From Marsupella aquatica (Eukaryota > Plantae > Marchantiophyta), in NCBI GenBank assembly GCA_973895155.1, contig OZ316895.1:21712558-21776557 (forward strand): DNA of 64,000 nt, written 5' to 3'. Positions 11,871 to 24,976 of the stretch are shown in pieces (position 1 is the stretch's first letter; every line of letters begins with the position of its first letter). Position numbers and translations under genes: made by a program. Under the pieces are notes generated by a model. That model did no database searches and was not told the origin of the DNA. It was given only the letters and a program-made list of their open reading frames with translations.

Positions 11871-14800
11871 TTAGCCCTTTAAACCATCAAGGAAGGGGGC
11901 AGGCAAGCACAAGTCTAAAAGACTTTGAGGGATTTGCACGTATTTAAACAGAGAAAGAAGCCAAGCTGCAGCATTTTGAACCTGTTCAAACAACACCCAT
12001 GACGAACCATGAGGAACTGGATATCGAAAGCCAAGGATGAAGCAACAGGAATAAATAACATACGAAGATTGAATGCTTTACATTTATCGTATGCTTACCT
12101 CCAGTGGTAACTCCGGAGCACTTTTCTCTAAACCCGTGGTCATGGTTGAATTCTCCACGTGCGTCTGAATATACTGACCTAAAAGCTACAGGACAAGAAC
12201 ATGGCCATCATCAAAACATGTTACGAAATAAAGCACACATTGTAGAACGTCCAAACACAGATAAGTACGAGAATCTGCTGATGGCCCGTGATGACTACCA
12301 GCGGAATATATCAGAATGAAACCAAGAGAGGCACCTGAACGTATGTAGTCATGTGCGATGGATGGAATTGCTGGAGGATGGTCCCAAATCCTACTACCTG
12401 ATTCAGGCGCAAGGACAAAAGGAAATGAAAAGCAGGCTTAAGTCTTTTCTCAATCGTCTTCGGGACGTAAAGTATTACTGTTTTCACAGAGAAACGAAAA
12501 GCACTTTTACTGACTGTTGCAGCAGAATCAGGGCTTTCCAAATTGTTACCAGAGGACAGCAATCAAGGGCATTCTTCTTCAGTTTACTTGTCAGCATACC
12601 GACATGGTTGTCGAGCACATACTTTGGTAGCTGCATACGAATTAGATGTGAGTATCCTGTAAACAAGAGTCGTGAACTCGTAAGAAACGTTTACAATTCA
12701 GAATAGACTAGATCGCAATACCATTTAGTTTACTCTTCCACCTTGTCTCCAATGATGTAGCCAAGAGCACGAGAAGAAAGAAAAGTAAGAAATATACCCG
12801 TGAAAGCGTGAGGAAAAACAGAATAAGAGCCAGGTGATCTGGAGGATGAGAGGCCACGTAGAGCTTGCATATCGGTGAATGAAGTCCACACATCTGAAGT
12901 TGCTCACTCAGCTCTAAAAGTAATTTATCATTGCCTTCCCAATGGAATGTGGACCGTTCTTTTTTTAAAATAGAACTCTGAATCAACCACAAAAACCAGT
13001 ACAAGCATGCTTTACAATGTCAATCATGGTTCAATAAACATCCTGGGAAGGCTTTCAGATTGATACCATGAAGAAGCAAGAGAGATAGAATATCCACACA
13101 ACACCATTCGCAGGATACTAAAGTCTGGACAAAATTTCCCATAATCACATCAAAAGTTCGTGACTTAAATTTGCGAATGCCTATAGAACATCACAAAACA
13201 AAAAAATAATATCTGAAGAGGATGTAGCACTTAGATCCTACTGTTTGCCCAAAAATGAGAAGGCCAAGGTCCTTGTGCCCACCTCGGTGCCATTGGTAAT
13301 GTCTGCAAGGACAGCCTTGTTCAACCCTTCCAATCCAAAAGAGACGAGGCCTGAATCCACCTGCATGGCGTGAACAGCACTTCTGAGACCAAACCTTTCC
13401 TCGTATGAATACATAGCCGAAAAAGTCGACCAGATGTGATGCTAGGACAATGGAAAAACTAAATTTGGAATTCCAATAGGGCTGAACATGAATAAGGAAA
13501 GCCCCCTACTTCACGACTAGCCATCATGTACTGCATTTATTCTTGAACAGTTTTCCATTCATGCTGTTGTGTGCCTATTCTGGCCAAAGAACAGCAGTTT
13601 GACGACTCTAAGAATGATTTGTGCAGTCTCTCAAGGCTGAAGAGTTAAATAGAAATAAGACGAAATGACGCGACTTACTTGATTTAAAATTTCGTAATTT
13701 GAAATGTTCTAGACCATTAAGGGGTTTTCAGTCAATTTCTAATGACCCAACATCTGTCCAGAATGAGAGAAACACCTTTGATGCAGACCGTAATTGAGTA
13801 GCAATAAGACTACGAAGCAACTGAATCTGCCCGATTTGAGCCAGCTGATCAACCAGGGATGGCCATCCTTGATTTGCTCCTATCCTTGCACATAACTTTT
13901 ACAATGAACTTGTCTCAGATTACAGATCATACGCGACGAAGTCGCGGACCTCTTTGCCTCATGGAAAATGACAATTGAGACAAGCACACTCTAGCCTCTG
14001 AAAAACGCGAAACGCTTGTCCATTAGACATAAGAGCCTACGAAGATCAAGGCATTTCTTAGACAAAACACTCCGGGACCTTGTCTGTTGTCTGCCTTGAC
14101 AAAAGTACCCACGTTCCACACCACATCCTCAGGCTCGCTCTATATTGAATAAAGCAAAGATGATCCAAAAACTGGATCTCGACTTGCTGATCTGAGAACA
14201 TTCCACTTACGTCTGTGTAAATTGGTGGGCCAGCATCAGGAATAGTCGAAGGTGGAGAGAGAGCCTTCTCAACATTACTCAACTGCTTGGCGAAAGTCTC
14301 ATCTACCTGCCCTGCACAAGGTGCTCGACGTCAAAATTTAAGATCTGTATATAGCCATCTTTCTGATATTTCCTTATATTTCCTTATATTTTTATTATTG
14401 TTGAGTAATAAATACATGCCATATTCTGCAGAGGTCTGAGAAGCACAAGGTGAAGGGAAACAATTATCAGAACAAGGAGAGATTGACAAACCTGGTCTAG
14501 TAGATGTTTCAGGATGTGTTGTACGGTGCTTGCAGTTTTGAAGCTAAGAAGTCGATCAACCCCCCTAACTCCTGCAGGACCCAAACTACGCAAAATCTCT
14601 CAAATAAGAAATAATCCATTCACTTAACCAGCTCGTGCAATAAATCATGCTACTTCAAGTATCAGGTTCTTGTAGAAACCTCAGTGTCTCTTGAATTGCA
14701 GGAACCTACGATGGATGGGCTGCCCATTAGGAGACAAATATTCAAAGAGATGGATGGATATGGAAGGAAAATGTCAGGCCAACTTAAGCTCCTTCTCATT

Positions 14801-17604
14801 CTCGATGCTTGAAAGACAACTAAAACTGTAAAATGCCGCCAAAAAACAAATACCGAGAGCAACCTACAACAGCATTCCTCGAGGAGCTTGAGATTCTAAT
14901 GTAGCCTCAGAATGGATGGAGCATACGTTTGTCTGTGATGCAATTATTCAATTAAAAACTGCTCTCTCGCACATCACTAAATATTGCTAGTTAATGTCAA
15001 CCTAACAATGGTTCACGGAAAACTCACCTTGCCTGAAGCATAGTAAATGTATGCAATCCAACCAGCTCTTTACCATCTGCATCAAACCTGAAACCGCAAG
15101 GAGGAACTCGAATCATCACGAACCCAGTATGAACTATTCTCAATTTGAACTGTTGAGCTTGATGTCAAGAAAGGTTGTAGAAGGACAGGAACAAATTTTC
15201 CGAAGATTTGGAGTGAAGGACAGACCAGGCACTCATAGGTGCTAGAAACATTGATCGGCTTGGGTGTGTCATGTGGAGAAGCTTCTTCACCAACCGCCCT
15301 GCAATAGCACTACTTCATGTCAAGAAATCACCCATAATTAACACCCACAGATGCAACATGCTTATCATAGCAACTGCAATTGTGAAGGGGGTGACAGGTA
15401 GTCATATGTAAATCTACCCATAAAGTTGAGCGACTTTGACTGGTCTTGGTCAGGAGCCGGATAAGATGGGATCGGTATAGCTATAGTTTGATATGCACTT
15501 TCCCAATCTCGCACTTTTCGTCGCAAAAAAGTGTTGCATTCCTACAGTTCAATCAATTCAGAAGTCAAATTTAGCTAAGGAGATCATGTGCAATACAAAT
15601 CCTTGTCGAAGATTTCCGCTATACTGGAATGATCATTTTCCGTCACAATAGATGTGATCCATAGCACAGACAGCTAGACCTAGATGTAAAGAAGTGTTTT
15701 CTCTTTGATCTGTTTGTGTTACTCCAAATCCCATATCAAATTCCAATCTTCCTATCAAGGCAAGGAGAGAGGAGAAGATCAAAGAGTGAGCAAACAATAT
15801 GATGACAATACAAACTGGAAGAAAGGTAAAACCTGCTCTGCGTTATAATCGACTATCCGAGTGAACTCCTCCTGCCAAGTCTGCAGTCCATGCAATCGCA
15901 CATAATCCTGCAAAATATCACCATGAATACGAATGATGAGATGAGCAATCCCAAGATATAATGTTGGCGTTGCCATTGACAAAATGCTTATTCGGCTGTC
16001 ATTTCAAATGCTGGTACCTGGAAATACTCCATGGACTTCTGTTGTGAATTCAGAGTTGAAAACAGTTCCTGCAAGGTGTCCTGAAAACTAGTAGCCTTCC
16101 CTGCTAAAATAAACAACACAACAGCGACACTCAGAACGATACCTTTGAAGGGTACAGGTCAAATCCAGAGACAATCCAATGGAACTCAAACTTGAAGGCG
16201 GTCCGATTATAAATGTCATACGGTCTAAATACCATAGAAGGGGAACACCGAAGCGGAGGCAGGAAAGCAAACCTGCAGGAAAGACAAGGGTTGAATGCAG
16301 TGCAGAGGCAATTTGTTTCACAACTTGATTGCGGATTCCATCTTCCAAGAGCTGCCGTGGATCCTGTAAAATAAAGGTCATTAGATTAGGGAACATAATG
16401 ACCTCTTGCAACTTTCTGAGATGATTAAAGATTCTCGCGATGCTCATGTCCAAGTTTCAAGTTACGGTCACTACGAACTACATCACACCAGAAACGATTT
16501 TAACAAATATGTTCAAATCACAGTTCCATCCTTCAGGTCATGGACCGTAGGAAAGTCTTGAATACGCAATACGATCTTCGGTCAAGGCCCTGATAAATGT
16601 GACCGTAAAGCAAAATGTCGTAAACCAAAATGTCGCAGAACCAAAATGCTAATAAAAGGGCATTTCATCTTATACACATTTAACGTCAAGTTGCCACTGT
16701 ACCAATTCTATTGCACCAATAAAAGTCTTCTTCATTGCCAAGATTCCCTGCACCACAAAACATTTGGGATCAATTCTGCCCTGTAGCTCCCAGGTCACAA
16801 GAAAAACTGTTTCTTTTCACAGAAAATCTGCTCAAGACACAACTTTACATTAATGATGGTTACGTCACGCGATCATAAAGTTCCACCTACGTTCCAACCT
16901 AAAGGACTAGCATCTAACGTGTGATGGATCGAAATACGGACCATTGATTGTAGATGGATGGTTTGAAACCCTCTGACAGCAAATTCCAAAGGAGAACATA
17001 GACCGGAGTAAGTTTGAAATACCTGGGTAAAAACAGCAACCTGATGCGTTGCTTTCGCTAAATTATAACGCTCCTCCAACTACAAAGCACAAAAGTTATT
17101 ATGCGCAACGATATACATTAATTAAACTTCAGACCTAGGAGCTCACCAGTAAAGTGCTGCAAGTAACATATGGACCACAAACGGTGAATTAACTAAAAAA
17201 TGAACTTCTGCCCTATCACGAACAGATCTAAGACACAATGCAGGTGTAAAACTTGAGATGACTTCATGTCTAATCGATCTGACTGACCTGGGAAAACTCA
17301 CGAAGGCTATCTTTTTCAAGACGGCCAGGTAATTCACGAAGGCGCTTCGTTTCTGCAGCTATTACATCATTGAGAATAGAAAACATGGTCATCTGCACCA
17401 ACAAAAACCCACTATTACTTCAATCATCTCTAAAATATACTTCATCCTATTAAGTGTAAGTCTTTAGGGGTCTCGACATGAAGTACGAATTTTCGGAAAA
17501 GATTGTAAAGCGTCACCATAAGCTTGGTGCCAAATCATTTCCATTGTACCCGAGGGCATTCAGTACACTGACGACATAGTTCTGGTGCTATCGAAATTTG
17601 AGAG

Positions 17605-17648
<44 letters not shown>

Positions 17649-20600
17649 TTATGCTTTTGCACAACTCATACCACTATCACAATGTTGTATAGCGAATTTT
17701 GCAAGAGCGGAAGTCCATTACACGAAAATTAGGAGTGAAAAAGAATGATGTAAAATATCACATACCGGCACAACTTCCAGAACTGCACGCACATACGCTA
17801 CGAGTTCGGATGAGTAGTACTCTGACACTGAAAAAAGATCCAGACTGCAGACAAACATGAATAACTATGTTATCAACCAAGAAATTCCTATGCAAGTCAC
17901 TAGGATATTGTCAGTGAAGAGAATTTCCAAATGATGCAATTGGGTATGACAGTGATGCACAGAAAATACGTGAAGAACCGCAGGAAGGGGAGACAATGGC
18001 AGGGCGGAAATTTTAATTAATGTAGACCTGTTGCACTGAGATATGCGCAAAAGTGGAATATCCATAATCGAACGCAGCTTGATAAATAAGCACTGGAGCT
18101 TTAGTACTGTAAGAGGCTCTGCACGAATACGTGCATGTATTTGCTCTGTGAAGGTATTCATCAGGCCCCAAGCATATGTTGCGTCACTAACCTGTCACAT
18201 ACAGTTCCACTACGTCATGCATTCTAACAAGAGCAAGAAGGGACTCACATATTCATGGAATTCATGGCCGACAAGTCAATAGAGCAACCTCAACCTCTGC
18301 ACCAAGACTGTTAATTAGATACTTTTATTAACTTGGCCATGTATATCATTAATCGCTAAGGCACTATATATCTGAACTGACGCTCCAATAACTAAAACAA
18401 AAAACAAACGGCATTTCAGCTCACTATGCAAATGCTTACCACAGCTAGAGTGGCAAGGATGTTCTCTTGCACGTTGAGGATTCGGACCATCTCCTGAAGC
18501 TGATTCCGTATTTCGGAAAGAAATTGCTTAACCTGCAGGCTGCTTTCAATCTGGAAGAACCAGTAAATGCTTTATGAGATCACAGACAAGAGCCTCAACG
18601 CGTGTAGGCTTCCCAGTAAGCATCAAAGTTTAACGTCGTTTAGACAGATCAAACAATTTACGTTAAGTACATAAGGCTCTATGACAAAAGACAATAAATT
18701 GCAACTAAACTCTGCACTCTTGGTTTTCTGTATCATAAGCATTTTTGTCCTTCCCAAACATAAATTGAAAAAGGTGCACTTTGAACATGAGTGAGTACTG
18801 AATGATAGACTGATTGTAACGCCACACACGGGAAAAATAACAAGGAATTTGCTTGGTCAGGTCTTGTTCATAGACAAAGCAGGACCCTTCCGTACTTTTT
18901 GTACTGAAACACACCATAATGCAAAAGCGATGACTGAACGAATGGTATTTTAGCTATAGCAGGTAGCTGTAAGCTGGTCAATTTAGTTTCAACTTGATGG
19001 CTGGAACCTCTGCATCTCGTCTGTGTGCGGTGTTGTGGCTCGCTCACTTTGCGTTATAATTGACATAGCAAGAAAAGCCTTATCACTGTAAGCAAAGGAT
19101 TTAGCTACTGATTTGATTATTTAACATTTATCTATTTATTTGTTGGCTTTTTCTCATTGGTTTTTTCTTTTGGTTGGGGGTGGGGTGGGGTGGGGCCGAA
19201 ACGTTGATGCTGGAGAAGGGGTCAATTGTAGAGAACTTGTCTAATGAACAAGGTGAAGAGAAACCAACAATAACTCACATATCAGATGTAAAATCTCCAA
19301 ATATCGAGCTGTGGCACAACGTCATTCGCATACAGTCCCTGTGTGTACTTTCTGTCCCACCGTAAGGAATATCTCATGATTTTGTGTGCAATACTTAAAT
19401 GTTCTTTTGACTTGAATGAACGAGATTTTGTTTTGGACCTGTGTTTTGAGTATTTGCTTGTAGGATGGCAGGAATAGCCCTGTCTAGGTAGATTTTTGTA
19501 GCAGCTCAGCTTTCTCCTTAAACTGGGACCCAGGACCACAAGAATCATTCATTCAAAATCATCTCATTCTTTTCTTATCTATCATTGATCTCGAAGTGAT
19601 GAGAAATGCTCTCTGCCTCTGGTTCCAAAGAAGCAGTAGTAATTTGCGTGTGGAAGGGGCCACTTACCTGATGAAACTGTTCAACTTCCTCAAGGGCAGC
19701 AAGAATGTATTGAATTTTCCGCCCCGCGCTTATTGGCTCTAAGTAGTCCAAGGTGTTGACCTGGTTCACCCAAACAAAAAGAGAACTCAAGAAACGCCGA
19801 ACCGCAACGTTGTAGAAACTTCAATCGCAACACATTTACACTTCTTAGCTAATTCCCCTTACGCGATGTCGAAAATCCATAATAACACACTAATTACTTC
19901 ACGTAATTGATTTTTCTTGATTGCACCTAGAGTAGCAGCTTAAGGCTTAGCAACTAAGCTGTGTTACACGGTGGGATTTAAACCCAAGCCAGTTGCCCCG
20001 TAGACAGCTCCTGAAACAGTACAAATCATGTGATGATAGCTACAATATATTGTACTGACACATCTCCTACGGCCCATGCAACGTAGTCGATCTCATATCA
20101 GTGACCGAACTTAGTGACGGGATTGTCGAGCTCAGAAACAGAGGGCAATATGAGGAGGAAACCTGGGCAGCCAATTGGTGAAACCATTGTTGCAGATTCT
20201 CATCGATCATTTTCTTCGAAAGGATCTGCATCGAGAAAAGTACATGCAGTAAAGAACACATCATTAGGGAAGGACCAATCTCTGCTGCTGTCATTCTGTT
20301 CGCTTATTGGCGATCCTGACATCTGGGACGTGCTTGCTGGAAGGAATCCATAGATTCACTGCTACATTACTTGGAAAGACATATTGCAAACAGGATAATG
20401 ATGGGTATGTGTTACTGATGACTTTCAAGAATGAGTAAAGAGAAAAAATTATAGGCAGCTATCACTAATGATGAGAAAGATACCTTGGAGCCTGAGAAAA
20501 ACTCTGAAAGCTCTTGAGCGTAGTCAGCAGCATGAGTCCTACACTGCTCCCATCTATTATTTTTGCTCTCCAGCAAATCACTGTACACCTGCTTTACTTC

Positions 20601-23600
20601 AAACTCCAGCTGTAAAAACCGAATTTAATTCAGCATTGAGAATAGAGACAGTTAAATAATAATAATAAACAATAATAAAAATAAATGCTCGAGGGATATA
20701 TAACTGGCCGGTTAACCCTCTTGACTACGGGAAAGAAAGACGTGTAGCTTGAGTCCCCATTTAGTCCTAAAAGGTCAGTGAACCAACACGTGCAAAGCTT
20801 TGTGAAGATCACTCGTAAGTCAATATGGATTGATCGAGAACGAATACACATCCCTGAATATACAGGGCTACCATATGACATAGATCTTCTCCAATTTTAA
20901 GTCTAGAATCCAGAACTAAGCAGAAGACTCACTGCAGCAGTATCCAGCAGCAGCGAGAGCAGTGTGTCAATGTTGGAATTTTGTTGTTGACCACTTCCCG
21001 CAACTGCATCGCGTAGCTTCTTACTTGCTGTCTGGGAAGCAAACAGACGACGGTCTGTTATTAGAATAAACAGTCAAATTCGTGGGTATGTGCATGGCAT
21101 GCACATGACCAAAATAGACACATTGATTCAGCTCACATTGTCTATGGACTATGGACTATGGAATCTTTCCTTTCTGCTTCTCTCGCTGGAATATTTGAAA
21201 AAGCAGCTGTTCATCTGCTCATGTACAATGCAATTTGACCAAGTTCCAAAGGAATTACCAACTGGTATTTCGAGTGACTGAGAGGAACTCACAGTGCGAT
21301 GTAGTAGCAGCCAGCGCAGTGTCACATTACAGTTCCTCAAGCAAGATAAAAGTTTTGATATATTTACAAGCAAATAATCTTGTGTCAGAACGCCTTCACA
21401 CAAAAACGCGCTCAGCTCTGAGAGCAGTACTACTACCTGAAATAGAACAAGAAAAAAGTGAGAATAGGGGCAACACTTTCGGTTAAGTTTGACGAACATA
21501 GTTCACGGGACATGGTCCATAGTCTAAATTAGAAAAGAGAAACATACGGATTAGAAGGTCGTAGTTAAGTCAATCACTTCCACGTAAGGTGCTGTTCCTT
21601 CACCAACTCTTCATATAACCGGCTAAGACATTTCACTATATGATTGTGCAAAGTATGGGAAAATCCAAATCAACTCCAAATGACCATTTCTTGGCCCAAT
21701 TGTAAGTACTTCAATGGAAACCTAATAGACAAGTTTTGTATCATACTTCAGGAATTATTTACATAGCTCTAGTTGACTCTTCTGCCATCTGATAATTGCT
21801 GTCCTTCCCTCAATTTGGGATCTACGGATTTGCAACGAAGTTCATTCCTGTTCTCACTTCGACATGCATCAACTTCAAATGCCAGCTCTTTTGAAAACTT
21901 TGCCAAATTGCTAGTTTTACTAATTATTACGGTACCAGGTCATCTCGAGAGAGCTCAGTGAACACTATGGCAGTATTCTTTAATGTTTAAGTGAAATGCC
22001 AGTAGCAGCTATTCATAAATCACAGCAATGTTTTCGTTCGGTTGATACAAAGACGAGCTGCTCATGCAAACAAACAAATATGACGACTTACTTTGGAAAT
22101 ATGTCGTTGTGTGAGATCTGAGACCGTGGATGGATTTAGGTTTGACATTAAAGCACTCTTAGCAGCTTTGAATCTTTCCCATGCTTGTGAAAGGTCTACA
22201 GTAAAACCCATAAAGATTGGAAGAACCCAAGATTCTCTAAAAAACCTGTCGACTATTCCGCGCATAGCAAGCTGATCACTGTGCAGCATCTGAGGAACAT
22301 ATAATAGAAGGACATAGAGAGCACTTGCTTGTCCACTAAGTGCAGTACTCCTGTGTTCTGGATGCGGGTAGTGACGGATCTGATGATACAAGTCATCGCT
22401 CAAGAGCTGTTGAATCAGGGTCTGAACGATGTGTTTTGGAAACGTGAAACGTGCCAGTATTTCCTCCGGTCTGGCAAGCATAAGCATTGAAGGGAGAACT
22501 GGAGGTGGGGCTCCTTGCAAAAGTTGGGTAAAGGAGGCAACAGAACGGATTCCCGAGGGCGCTGGAGAGGGAAAAGACCGGCAAAGTAAGCATATTGCTT
22601 CAAAATTAGGAATATCAGTAGAGCCTCTATTCCGGTAGTACGCTATCACAAGCTGTTCGCGCAGAGGTCCGCTAACTTTATGCTCCAAAAGCATAAGAAT
22701 AACGCCGTGTAGCACAAGTGCTTCCACCACAAGTTGTCGCCCCTCTTCATTCTCCAAGACGCTTTCCACGGTGCTTTGGATATAAACTCCTTCCTGCACG
22801 GATTCAAATATTGTCAATCGTTCGATGAATTTTCTGAAAATCGTGTTCGTTTTAACCAGATGCGGACAGCATTCAATGATGATCGCCCGATACATAACAT
22901 TATGAATGGCAGAGGGATCTCTTCACATAAATCACAGCTCATATCCATAGTGCAGTGAAAATGAAAGTCTGCCAGCATGTAGGCATGTCCATTGGTGAAG
23001 AGCCTATAAGTCTAGCCCACAGCGTGCTTGATATCAAAATGTATTCGGCTCAAATATTAGGCTGAAATTGACTCACATTCGATTCATAAAATTTAGCGAT
23101 CCGAAAGAATTTAACCAAGCAGTAATTTCATGGTTTTCGGGAAGACCAGCGCTAACCTGCAAGTCCTCGAGATATCGGGAGATATCATTATAGTACTTCA
23201 CGATTCCATTAAATAGTAAAAAACATCGCTCCACAAAGGGATGATAGTTTTCTCGAAATTCTTCATCCAGTGCCACCAAGTCAGCACTGGCTTCGATGCG
23301 TTCCTCCACAAGCTCAGGCGCCTTGAGATATCTGATACATTGAGGATAACACAAACCAAATAATAAGCTCATCAAACAATTCCAAACGGATTCCACCAAA
23401 TTTGGTTGTAGAAGTCAAAACAGTGCTTCAGCAGTTAAATAGCACACATACAAAAACTGCGGGCATGTTTCTGCTGGAAGAAGACCAGAGGGATACGCCA
23501 GAGTTTCGGTAGTAAGCTAATCAAGTTCAATTCAAAATCAATCATGGCAAGAATGTAAAAAGTAGACTCGTGGCAGAATTGGTGATTGAATGCCTGGCCC

Positions 23601-24213
23601 GTTGCAAATTTCAAAAAATAAATAGCAGACACACAACACAGGAGTGCGAACCATAATCTACAACACAACAAATCTGAAGGGCAGACACACTACACATGAT
23701 TACCAATATCATCCTGCAACAAACAACTAAAGTCTAAGCAAGCCAGAGAATACACATAACACAGCACTCGACACAAGTCGGAGAATTCACTTACAACTGT
23801 TTCCTTCGCCCTAAACATTTAACTCGTGACTCATGCAGTTCTTGAGAATACATGCCGTTAAATCATTGTGAGTACAATTTTGGCAGTACTCTGTGTTGTC
23901 TTTCTTGAATTCATAAAAATTTGCAATCCATCTTAGTGGTGTCCAATTTCCATCAAATTCAAAACACTCATATTCTCCTTCGGCGCTGTGGTGCGACGAA
24001 GAATTGAGCTGAATTCAATGAGGTCAAAATCAGAATTGATTACCTCAAGTCAAACAGAACTGAAGTGAATCGTGGGTCCGATGAAGGATAGAACACCGGC
24101 GGAACCCGATCTGCCAGACGAAGCAGCTCGGCGAGCAAGGCCTGCGCTCGGCTCACAATCCGCAGTAGCACAGCTCCCACCGGCCTTTCTGAGAAATCCG
24201 CCGCCCTCGGCAT
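11871..24213 (-). CDS. WASHC5: WASH complex subunit 5 (strumpellin), >20 exons
   Basis: The N-terminus GAVLLRIVSRAQALLAELLRL...FDLR|YLKAPE...LDEEFRENY...RYLEDLQ|EGVYIQSTVESVLENEEGRQLVVEAL, internal HYPHPEHRSTALSGQASALYVLL, VSEYYSSELVAYVR, DPRQLLEDGIR and WQEEFTRIVDYNAEQ, and the C-terminal LPKYVLDNHVGML...LQQFHP all match strumpellin. The last exon, 11981-11871, reads VQNAAAWLLSLFKYVQIPQSLLDLCLPAPFLDGLKG*. The start could alternatively be the ATG at 24237. Confidence 0.95.
17605..17644. repeat. (AT)n microsatellite in a WASHC5 intron
   Basis: About 20 AT units. Confidence 0.95.
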
Positions 24214-24783
24214 CCTTCCTTCCTTCCTTCCTTCCATCCTTCGTTCCTCTCTGTCCACCAGCCAGAATCAAAATCCTCTACATCTGATCGTTCGTCAGCT
24301 CAGCGATGGCCTTAAACATCAACCTCGCCCTCCGAAGCGCCATTGCAAAGAGTAATTCTCTCGTTCCGCATCAAAATCCTGCAGGCTTTCGGAATTGGAC
24401 ACTCTTACTAAAACATTGCTCCCAATCATTCTTTGAAAAACCACTTATTCGGCGATCCCTCGAGGCAAAAGTGGTCTTGAAGAAAACTGGAGAGATTCTT
24501 CGTCTACTTCTTTACAAAACCCCAACCACTGTGGAAAAGAGGTCAAGTGTGAAATTAGGACAGAGACTAGAGAGAAACAGAGAAAACCTAAAAATTGTAA
24601 GCGACTAAATTATGAAATTTCACTTTACACTTGTCATTGCTAGGTGGGATGGTACGTTTTCTAACAGAACACAGAACACTAACCCCTACTATCCCTTGCA
24701 ATAAAAGTGTCAACAAAATATGTTTTTATTCATATTCTTTGAAAATTGATAAATTAATATTTATACCTGTCATTTTTAATAAT

Positions 24784-24976
24784 ATAACATATCATTCTCT
24801 TTTCTATGGAAATCCCTCTTTATTTCTAATAATCATGCATAACATATCATTCTCTTTTCTATGCAAATCCCTCTTTATTTCTAATAATCATGCATAACAT
24901 ATCATTCTCTTTTCTATGCAAATCCCTCTTTATTTCTAATAATCATGCATAACATATCATTCTCTTTTCTATGCAC
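24784..24976. repeat. 55-bp tandem repeat x~3.5
   Basis: aacatatcattctcttttctatgcaaatccctctttatttctaataatcatgcat is repeated near-perfectly at 24841, 24896 and 24951. Confidence 0.9.
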
